From Syntrophales bacterium (GTDB lineage: Bacteria > Desulfobacterota > Syntrophia > Syntrophales > Fen-1087), in contig JAUSOK010000168.1 in NCBI GenBank assembly GCA_030656035.1, positions 1 to 55,894 on the forward strand: a stretch of 55,894 bases of DNA. Direction: 5' to 3'. Each line of letters begins with the position of its first letter. Position 1 is the first letter of the stretch. Positions 17,650-25,279 of this stretch are shown here, in pieces. The translations under genes and the position numbers were made by a program. Under the pieces are notes generated by a model. It had not been told where the DNA came from. It searched no databases and was given only the letters and a program-made list of their open reading frames with translations.

Positions 17650-18780
17650 ATGCCTCATCAATTTATAATAATGAATCTTCTATTTAGAAATCCTATTCTC
17701 AGAGGACTGATCTTGCCGGTCGCCCTGTTGATCTTCCTTTTTGCCTGCTCATCGCCAAAATCGCCCCCTGCCAAACGTTCCGTTCCGGTCACCGTGGCCG
17801 CTGCTATCCAGAAGACCATCCCCATACAGATCGAGGCGATCGGCGCTGTCGAGCCCTATCAGACCATCTCCGTAAAAACCCAGATCACGGGGCAGATTAC
17901 CCAGGTCTATTTCAAAGAGGGCCAGGACGTGAAAAAAGGCGATCCTCTGTTCAAGCTGGACTGCCGCACCTATGAGGAGATGTTGAAGCAGGCGGAGGCT
18001 AACCTGATCAGGGACACGGCCCACATGCAAAATGCCCGGCAAGAGTTGAGCCGCTACGCCTTCCTGGTCGAAAAAGGCTACGTGGCAAAACAGCAGTACG
18101 ACCAGATCAAAACGAACTGGGCCGCCCTGGAAGCGACGGTGAACGCCGATAAGGCCCTCATGGAAAGCAACCGCGTCCAGCTTCAGTACTGCTCCGTCCA
18201 TTCCCCCATTGACGGCCGGACGGGATCGTTGAAAGTAAACCGGGGAAACATCGTCAAGCTCAACGACGTGGAAGTAGTCGTGATCAATCAGATACTGCCC
18301 ATCTATGTTAGCTTCACCGTTCCCGAAAAGGAACTGGCGAGAATCAAGACCTATCAGGCGCGGCGGCAACTCCCCGCCGATGCCATAATCCCCGGGGATG
18401 GACGTCCCGAGAAAGGGGAGCTCACCTTCGTCGATAACGCGGTCAACAGGGCAACCGGCATGATCACCCTCAAGGGGACCTTTGCGAACCGGGAAAAGCG
18501 GCTCTGGCCGGGCCAGTTTGTCAATGTGGTGCTGACGCTGGACATGGAACCGAACGTCATCATGGTCCCCTCCCAGGCCGTGGAGACGGGCCAGACGGGC
18601 CAATATGTCTTCGTCGTCAAGTCCGACGATACAGTGGACATGAGGCCCGTGACAACGGGGGCCACGATCCGAGGTGAAATGGCCATTCTCAAGGGTGTGC
18701 AGGCAGGAGAAAAGGTGGTGACGGACGGGCAGTTACGGCTGATTCCGGGCGCCAAGGTCAGTATTAAAGAGACACCCTGA
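17650..18780 (+). CDS. RND efflux periplasmic adaptor (membrane fusion protein), lipoprotein
   Basis: Lipobox LFAC after a hydrophobic N-terminus. Coiled-coil/lipoyl/beta-barrel MFP pattern (VKKGDPLFKLD, YCSVHSPIDGRTG). Directly upstream of the RND pump. Confidence 0.85.
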   Translation: MPHQFIIMNLLFRNPILRGLILPVALLIFLFACSSPKSPPAKRSVPVTVAAAIQKTIPIQIEAIGAVEPYQTISVKTQITGQITQVYFKEGQDVKKGDPLFKLDCRTYEEMLKQAEANLIRDTAHMQNARQELSRYAFLVEKGYVAKQQYDQIKTNWAALEATVNADKALMESNRVQLQYCSVHSPIDGRTGSLKVNRGNIVKLNDVEVVVINQILPIYVSFTVPEKELARIKTYQARRQLPADAIIPGDGRPEKGELTFVDNAVNRATGMITLKGTFANREKRLWPGQFVNVVLTLDMEPNVIMVPSQAVETGQTGQYVFVVKSDDTVDMRPVTTGATIRGEMAILKGVQAGEKVVTDGQLRLIPGAKVSIKETP

Positions 18781-18800
18781 GATGGCGACGGAGTAACAGC

Positions 18801-21800
18801 ATGAATATTTCGAGGATCTTCATCCTCCGTCCCATTATGACAACGCTGGTCATGGTTTCGATCCTCATCGTGGGCCTTGCCGCCTATCGAGCCCTGCCCG
18901 TAAGCGAGCTGCCGACGGTGGATTTTCCCACCATCCGCGTTTCAGCGAATCTTGCCGGTGCGAGCCCGGAAACGATGGCTTCCGCTGTGGCCACGGTTCT
19001 CGAACGGGAGTTTGCAACAATATCCGGGATCGACTCCATGACGTCCACAAGCGCCATGGGCGTCACCCAGGTTACCATCCAGTTCAATCTAAACCGGGAC
19101 ATCGACGCGGCGGCCCAGGACGTCCAGACGGCCATTGCAGCGGCAACCCGCCACCTGCCCCAAAACATGACGGCGGCCCCGGCCTATCGGAAGGTGAATC
19201 CGGCAGAGTCGCCCATTCTCTATCTGGCCATGAGTTCGCCTACCCTGCCCCTCTCCAAGGTCGATGAATATGCCGACACGCATTTAGCGCAGCGCATCTC
19301 CATGCTCAACGGCGTGGCCGAGGTCCAGGTTTATGGATCTCAGAAGTACGCCGTCCGCGTCCGCGTCGATCCGAAGGCGCTGGTAAGCCGCTCCATCGGC
19401 ATCGATGAAGTCGTCGCGGCCATCCAGTCGGGAAACGTCAATCTGCCTACGGGCAACATCTCGGGGGCTCACCGCGCCTTTACCATCCAGGCATCGGGAC
19501 AGTTGACGGACGCGGCAGCCTACCGGCCGCTGATCGTGGCTTACCGGAACAATGCGCCCGTGCGGCTCGGCGAAGTGGCAACCGTTATGGACGGCGTTGA
19601 AGATGACAAGGTAGCTTCCTGGCTCAACAACGACCGGACCATTGTGCTGGCAGTTCTACGCCAGCCGGGCACGAACACCGTCGAGGTTGTCCAGGCCATC
19701 AAGGATCTTCTCCCCCAATATCGGGCTGAAATTCCGGCGTCCGTGAATCTGGATATCCTTTATGACCGGTCCATCTCCATCAAGGAATCCGTCCGGGATG
19801 TGCAGATTACGTTCCTGATCGCCCTGATCCTGGTCGTCCTCGTCATCTTTCTCTTTCTGCGCAACCTCTCGGCAACGGTCATCCCCAGTCTCGCCCTGCC
19901 CATTTCCATCGTCGGCACCTTTGCGGCGATGCATTTAGCCGGATACAACCTCGACAATCTTTCCCTGATGGCCCTGACCCTGAGCGTGGGGTTTGTCGTC
20001 GACGATGCCATTGTCATGCTGGAGAATATCGTGCGGCACATGGAAAAAGGTGAAAGTCCTCTGGAAGCCTCCCTCAAGGGCTCGGCGGAGATCAGCTTCA
20101 CGATCCTCTCCATGACCATCTCCCTGGTTGCTGTTTTCATCCCGGTGTTATTCATGGGCGGAATTGTCGGCCGCTTGCTCCATGAATTTGCCGTCACCAT
20201 TGCCGTCGCCGTCCTCATTTCCGGATTCGTATCCCTCACCCTGACGCCGATGCTCTGCAGCATGTTCCTCCGGCCCGCCGGGGAACAGCAGCACAGTCGC
20301 ATCTATCAGTTGTCTGAGCGGTTTTTTGAAGGCATGCTGGGCCTTTATGACACTACTTTGAAATGGGCCTTGAGGCGCCGGCTCACAACGCTTATCCTCT
20401 CGTTTGTTTTTTTAGTCGTCGCCGCCGGCCTCTATGCCGTCATCTCCAAGGGATTCCTGCCGAGCGAAGACACGGGCCAGATCACCGGTTTCACCGAAGC
20501 GGCACAGGGCATATCCTTTGAATCCATGGTGGAGCACCAGAAAAAAGTCGTCCGTATCATTGAGAAGGATCCGAATATCGAGAAGGTAATGTCGCGCGTC
20601 GGGTCGGGGGGCGGTTCGTCCATGAACACGGGACGTTTGATGATCCGCCTGAAACCTCGCCAGGAAAGGCGCCAGAGCGCCGATGAGATCATCCAGAAGC
20701 TCCGGCCGCAGTTGGCCGCGATTCCCGGGATCCAGGTCTATCTGCAAAACCCGCCGCCCATCCGGATCGGTGGCTATCAGACGAAAAGCCAGTACCAGTA
20801 TGCCCTTCAGAGTCCGGACATGAATGAACTTTATAAATACGCCCCCCTTCTGGAAGCAAAGCTGAAAGACATGCCGGAATTACAGGATGTGGCCAGCGAT
20901 CTTCAGATCAAGAGCCCCCAGATCTCCATAAACATCAACAGAGACAAGGCCTCGGCACTCGGGCTCAGCGTCGGTCAGATCGAGGCCGCCCTGGAAAGCG
21001 CCTATTCCGCCGGCCAGATATCAACTATTTATGCCCCCAACAACCAGTACCGGGTCATTATCGAGCTCGATCCGCAGTACCAGACGGATCCCGCGGCGCT
21101 TTTGCTTCTCTATGTCCGCTCCTCATCCGGAAATCTGGTCCCCCTGAATACCGTAGCAACCATGGACTGGACCGTTGGGCCGCTCACGGTCAACCATCTG
21201 GGCCAACTTCCCGCAGTGACCCTATCCTTCAACCTGGCCCCCGGGGCATCCCTGGGCGACGCCGTGGATACGGTGGGAAAAACGGCCCGGGCCATCCTGC
21301 CCGCGACGATAACCTGTACCCTCCAGGGAACCGCCCAGGCATTCGCGTCCTCCATGGTGGGGTTGGAGATGCTGATCCTGGCTGCAATCCTCGTGATTTA
21401 TATCGTCCTGGGCATCCTTTATGAAAGCTTCATCCATCCTTTGACGATTCTATCGGGCTTGCCCTCGGCCGGCCTCGGCGCCCTCCTGACGCTTCTCATC
21501 TTCCGGATCGACCTCAACCTCTACGCCCTGGTGGGCATCATCATGCTCGTCGGTATTGTCAAGAAAAACGCGATCATGATGATCGATTTTGCCCTGGACG
21601 CGGAAAGGAAGGAAGGGAAGAGGCCGGAAGAAGCGATTTACCAGGGCGCCCTGACGCGCTTTCGCCCGATCATGATGACAACCATGGCAGCCCTAATGGC
21701 AACGTTGCCCATCTCCCTCGGTTTGGGCGCGGGCGGAGAATCCCGTCAACCCCTGGGCCTGGCCGTGGTTGGGGGGCTCATTTTTTCCCAGATCGTGACG

Positions 21801-21896
21801 CTCTACATCACCCCGGTGATCTATACGTACCTGGATTCGCTGCAAGTCAGTTTGCGCCGAAATTACCGCCGAATACGTCCTGCCCGCATATCATAA
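18801..21896 (+). CDS. RND family efflux transporter permease (AcrB/MdtB/C-like)
   Basis: A 1031-aa ORF with 12-TM architecture and an AcrB-family N-terminus (FILRPIMTTLVM...). Conserved TM4 region (GFVVDDAIVMLENI) and KNAIMMIDFA. No outer-membrane factor gene is adjacent. Confidence 0.9.
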   Translation: MNISRIFILRPIMTTLVMVSILIVGLAAYRALPVSELPTVDFPTIRVSANLAGASPETMASAVATVLEREFATISGIDSMTSTSAMGVTQVTIQFNLNRDIDAAAQDVQTAIAAATRHLPQNMTAAPAYRKVNPAESPILYLAMSSPTLPLSKVDEYADTHLAQRISMLNGVAEVQVYGSQKYAVRVRVDPKALVSRSIGIDEVVAAIQSGNVNLPTGNISGAHRAFTIQASGQLTDAAAYRPLIVAYRNNAPVRLGEVATVMDGVEDDKVASWLNNDRTIVLAVLRQPGTNTVEVVQAIKDLLPQYRAEIPASVNLDILYDRSISIKESVRDVQITFLIALILVVLVIFLFLRNLSATVIPSLALPISIVGTFAAMHLAGYNLDNLSLMALTLSVGFVVDDAIVMLENIVRHMEKGESPLEASLKGSAEISFTILSMTISLVAVFIPVLFMGGIVGRLLHEFAVTIAVAVLISGFVSLTLTPMLCSMFLRPAGEQQHSRIYQLSERFFEGMLGLYDTTLKWALRRRLTTLILSFVFLVVAAGLYAVISKGFLPSEDTGQITGFTEAAQGISFESMVEHQKKVVRIIEKDPNIEKVMSRVGSGGGSSMNTGRLMIRLKPRQERRQSADEIIQKLRPQLAAIPGIQVYLQNPPPIRIGGYQTKSQYQYALQSPDMNELYKYAPLLEAKLKDMPELQDVASDLQIKSPQISININRDKASALGLSVGQIEAALESAYSAGQISTIYAPNNQYRVIIELDPQYQTDPAALLLLYVRSSSGNLVPLNTVATMDWTVGPLTVNHLGQLPAVTLSFNLAPGASLGDAVDTVGKTARAILPATITCTLQGTAQAFASSMVGLEMLILAAILVIYIVLGILYESFIHPLTILSGLPSAGLGALLTLLIFRIDLNLYALVGIIMLVGIVKKNAIMMIDFALDAERKEGKRPEEAIYQGALTRFRPIMMTTMAALMATLPISLGLGAGGESRQPLGLAVVGGLIFSQIVTLYITPVIYTYLDSLQVSLRRNYRRIRPARIS

Positions 21897-21911
21897 TAGA
21901 GGAATCAGGAT

Positions 21912-22226
21912 TTGAGCAAAACAAGTAAACCGTTAAGTAAATCGCTCGATTACCCACTCTATGAGAGAATGAAGAGAATATCCCCCAGAGCATCAAGATA
22001 CTGGATTGTTGGTGATCGTCTTTATCACGCAGGCCTGTTCTTAACGATGTTGTGTTTGCCGGCAGTGTTCTATGTCTATACCCAAATAGGATCAGGCGAA
22101 ATGTTTGTCTGGATGATTGGTGCGTTGTCAGGGTCCATAGGGATTTTTGCAGTCGGAATTTATTTTAAAAGAGAATCATACAAATTGGCAATCAAGGTTG
22201 GTATTGACATTAACCAAATTAAATAG
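21912..22226 (+). CDS. Hypothetical small membrane protein (low-GC orphan ORF)
   Basis: A 104-aa ORF with a TTG start (an alternative ATG is at 21969) and two hydrophobic helices. Local GC is clearly below that of the flanking genes. No recognisable motif. Confidence 0.3.
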   Translation: MSKTSKPLSKSLDYPLYERMKRISPRASRYWIVGDRLYHAGLFLTMLCLPAVFYVYTQIGSGEMFVWMIGALSGSIGIFAVGIYFKRESYKLAIKVGIDINQIK

Positions 22227-22294
22227 GAAAGTGGCAGCGGTTTTTGAATTATTGTAAAATATCACCCACCCATAACCAGAAAGGAGAACTCAAA

Positions 22295-23125
22295 ATGCAG
22301 GCCCTGTTTACCCTTACACCGTCGGAATCAAAGCGGTTGATCGCCAAAGGTGTGGCGGCGCTTCCCGAGATCAAGCACGCCATGAAAAACGGCTATCTCC
22401 TCGTAGGTAGAGGATCGACCAATGCCTACATCCTTGAAGAGCTTCTGGGCGACAAGATCAGGAAGGAAGCTTACACGGCGGGTCAGGTCATCAAAGGCGT
22501 CCTGTGCGTCCTCGGACCGGATGACCGGATCAAGCCCATGATTTTCCACAAGGGCAAGGCGATCGCCGCAGAGCCGGCTTCCGTTCTGGACAAACTCTCT
22601 CCGGATGATATTCTGCTGAAAGGGGCCAATGCCATCGATCATAAAGGAAATGTCGGCGTCATCATGGCAAGCCCCACGGGCGGGACCATGGGTCAGTTTT
22701 ACATGGCCATGAAGGCCCGGGGTCTGGAAATCATCTACCCCGTGGGACTTGAAAAGATGATTCCCTCGGTGGAGCTGGCGGCCCAGTTCGGCGGAACGCT
22801 GGTTCTCGGCAAGACCATCGGCGCACGCGTTGGAATGGCCTGTGTTGCCGACGGGGCTCCCTTCACGGAAATCGATGCGATTGAGAGTCTTTTTGGAATC
22901 GAGGCCGTTCACTTCGCTTCCGGCGGGTGGGGCGGCGCCGAAGGATGCGTTACCCTGATTGTTGACGGGCCGGACGCAGAGGTTAAAAAATGCATCAAAT
23001 TCATTGAGCAGAAGATTAAAGGTGAACCGCCGCTGCCGGCCGCCAAGAGTCCCTGCAAGACGTGCGGCCTTCCCTGCAGTTTCCAGGGGAAAGATCTGAA
23101 ACAACTGCCGGGATATTTGAAGTGA
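22295..23125 (+). CDS. Conserved hypothetical protein; possible LUD/DUF162-like fold with a Cys-rich C-terminal tail
   Basis: AAAGGAGAA SD before the ATG at 22295. The segment ILLKGANAIDHKGNVGVIMASPTGG...IIYPVGLEKMIP resembles the NAI(T)-xG...G-N-K-I core of LUD-domain proteins (recalled from memory). The tail is CKTCGLPC. Confidence 0.4.
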   Translation: MQALFTLTPSESKRLIAKGVAALPEIKHAMKNGYLLVGRGSTNAYILEELLGDKIRKEAYTAGQVIKGVLCVLGPDDRIKPMIFHKGKAIAAEPASVLDKLSPDDILLKGANAIDHKGNVGVIMASPTGGTMGQFYMAMKARGLEIIYPVGLEKMIPSVELAAQFGGTLVLGKTIGARVGMACVADGAPFTEIDAIESLFGIEAVHFASGGWGGAEGCVTLIVDGPDAEVKKCIKFIEQKIKGEPPLPAAKSPCKTCGLPCSFQGKDLKQLPGYLK

Positions 23126-23275
23126 AGAACCCCGCCCACAGGGCGGGGCTTCTGAACGGGTAGACGCAGGCTTTAGCCTGCGCGAAAAGCATCCGCCATT
23201 CATCCCCGCTCACAGAGCGGGGCATTCTGGCGCTTTTCGTAAACAAACGAGCTAAACCCCGCACACAAAGCGGGC
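23122..23275. repeat. Cluster of three related GC-rich hairpin units (REP-like) plus one extra hairpin between convergent genes
   Basis: The three units are CCCCGCCCACAGGGCGGGG (23130..), CCCCGCTCACAGAGCGGGG (23204..) and CCCCGCACACAAAGCGGG (23257..). CGCAGGC-TTT-AGCCTGCG lies at about 23165..23182. Unit spacing is 74 and 53 nt. Confidence 0.5.
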
Positions 23276-25276
23276 GATGATTTTAAAGGCGCCTTTTTCC
23301 AGATTTTTCAGGTGGAGGCGCTGATAATCGGAATGCAGCGGATCGAGGATGACTTCCCGGTATTCCCGGGTTTTTGCGTCGGCGCTGCCGCTCTTGAAGC
23401 GCCTGACCGTCAAATGGCCGTTCCGGCTTGGATCGTAGATGTCTTTGCCATAAACAAAAAGAATTGCCTCATCGAGGGAACCCCTGATGTCGCTGTCAAA
23501 GACAGCAAAATGACCATCCGATATCAGGGGTTCCATGGCCTGACCCTCGATGCGCATGACAAACATGGATTTGTCCAGCTTTTTCCCGATTCCGACTTCC
23601 ATCCATCCCTCTTCCGCGGCATCCTTGCCCTGGACGAATTCGTCAAATGCTGATTCCATGGAATAAAAGGGCAGATATCGTGTAAAGCGTTCCTTGCGCC
23701 CAGGCCCGATGACCAGGGTTAGACGGGGTTTTTCTTTTTGATCCCTCATGAAATATCTGCGGACCGAGATTATTGGAAAGACCGTTTCCACTGCAATCTT
23801 GTCGCTCATTTCCGTCCATTTTTTGGCCAGCCCCCGGCCTTCTTTCGTTAACGCCGCCTCAATCGTCTCGATCTGCTTTGGTGGCTTCCCCTCAACATCC
23901 GGCCAGAAAGGATCATTCATGGCCGGCCTGAGACACTCATCCGGATTGATCCATGAAATCAATTCAGCGAAAGGAAAACCTTTTTTCCGCTGTCTGAGAA
24001 TCGTCGCCCCGTCAAAACCTGCGGTTATAAGATCCTCATCGAAGAGTGTGGCGTGCCTGGATTTTGCAATATCGCAGAGGGCCGCTTTAACCAGCACTCT
24101 CTGCGCTGTTTGTACAAGGGCAAGCCGCTCCTGTTGCCGGGCTGCGTGGCGGTCCTTCAACCTGGAATCCTCACGAGCCTTCAGGAGGGCGTGAAAGTGC
24201 TCTCTGGCCTTGATCTCGGACGCGGCAGACGGCGCGTCTTCAAACACCCGTTCGTTGAAAACCACCCCTTCCAGTTCCGCGATAGAACGCAGGGGATTAA
24301 TCTGGCTTGACCGTAGGTGATAATAAACCACCAGAGGCTCCGGTGAAGCGGACTCCAATCGCACGAGCGGCAGACGGCAAGACTCCGGATTCTCCAATGC
24401 CGCCGCTTCCTGCACCCCCCCCTCTCCTTCATGCCTGCTTTTCTCGTGAGACCGATCCGTCTCATCCGCAGGAAAATATGGGATATCCCGCAGAAATTGA
24501 TCAATAATCGCCTTCTTGACATCGGGGCTGATCCCGGATTTCCCTGCAGATGCATCTGCCCGGCGGTCGCGAACCGGCGCTTTCCGGGGACAAAATTCAA
24601 TCAGACGGTCAATCACGGCTCCCGGCAGAGCCAGGGAGCGCCATCCCGGTTCCTTGCCTTCCCAGAGCCGTTCAAAGTGTTGCCGGATCGCCTGCAGATA
24701 GAGGCCGCCGGGTTCCCAGGATTTATAGACCATCAAATGTTCATAGTTCTGATCGCCGGCGTCTGAGGATTCGCTGATGGTCCCGTAAAAACCGAGCTGA
24801 TTGCCCTCTGCATCTGTAAAAATCCCCAGGCGGGGTAAATCATTAGCTATGGCTACAGTGCCGCCTGGATTTTTGCCGTCCTTCAGTGGCAGGGCGACGC
24901 GAATATCGAGGGTTTTTTCGGCGGCCATCCAGCCCAGGAGTTCCAGCCTCTGATTCATCCAGGGGTCTACGACATCAAGCAAAGACAGGAATTTATCGCG
25001 CAGGATCTTCTGCAATCCCTGGATTCTCCCAACGTCTCCTGCATCTCCGTCCTCAAGCCCGGCGCCGACCAACAGGCGCATGTGGCCCCTGTTCCTGATC
25101 AGCGCGTCAACACCCCTTGCGGCGATTGCCAATGCGGACGCTGAGAACAAGCCCGTGGTCCGGTCATAGCGGACACTGCGGGCCAGGGCCGGAAGATAGA
25201 GGCTGTTGAGGCGGTCGTCCAGGGGTCCATAGGAGATACTGAAATCCAGATCGAGCAGATAGTCTGAAGACGCCAA
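23252..25276 (-). CDS. Multidomain protein: degenerate HKD/PLD-like N-terminal module, an unassigned middle region of about 300 aa, and a C-terminal LexA/S24-like domain lacking the Ser/Lys dyad
   Basis: TTG start 7 nt after a GGAGGG SD that lies in the last codons of the upstream gene. The N-terminus contains LYLPALARSVRYDRTTGLFSASALAIAARGVDALIRNRGHMRLLVGAGL and LPRLGIFTDAEGNQLGFYGTISESSDAGDQNYEHLMVYKSWE. The C-terminus contains MRIEGQAMEPLISDGHFAVFD and HLTVRRFKSG. Confidence 0.6.
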   Translation of the reverse strand: MASSDYLLDLDFSISYGPLDDRLNSLYLPALARSVRYDRTTGLFSASALAIAARGVDALIRNRGHMRLLVGAGLEDGDAGDVGRIQGLQKILRDKFLSLLDVVDPWMNQRLELLGWMAAEKTLDIRVALPLKDGKNPGGTVAIANDLPRLGIFTDAEGNQLGFYGTISESSDAGDQNYEHLMVYKSWEPGGLYLQAIRQHFERLWEGKEPGWRSLALPGAVIDRLIEFCPRKAPVRDRRADASAGKSGISPDVKKAIIDQFLRDIPYFPADETDRSHEKSRHEGEGGVQEAAALENPESCRLPLVRLESASPEPLVVYYHLRSSQINPLRSIAELEGVVFNERVFEDAPSAASEIKAREHFHALLKAREDSRLKDRHAARQQERLALVQTAQRVLVKAALCDIAKSRHATLFDEDLITAGFDGATILRQRKKGFPFAELISWINPDECLRPAMNDPFWPDVEGKPPKQIETIEAALTKEGRGLAKKWTEMSDKIAVETVFPIISVRRYFMRDQKEKPRLTLVIGPGRKERFTRYLPFYSMESAFDEFVQGKDAAEEGWMEVGIGKKLDKSMFVMRIEGQAMEPLISDGHFAVFDSDIRGSLDEAILFVYGKDIYDPSRNGHLTVRRFKSGSADAKTREYREVILDPLHSDYQRLHLKNLEKGAFKIIARFVCGV

Positions 25277-25279
25277 TGA

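Noticed and set aside
23122-23275. Possible degenerate type I-E-like CRISPR array (CCCCGC...GCGGGG stems)
   Set aside because: There are only three units, their spacing is irregular (74 and 53 nt), and the unit flanks are not conserved. One unit lies inside a coding region, and no cas genes are in the window. A REP-like hairpin description fits better.
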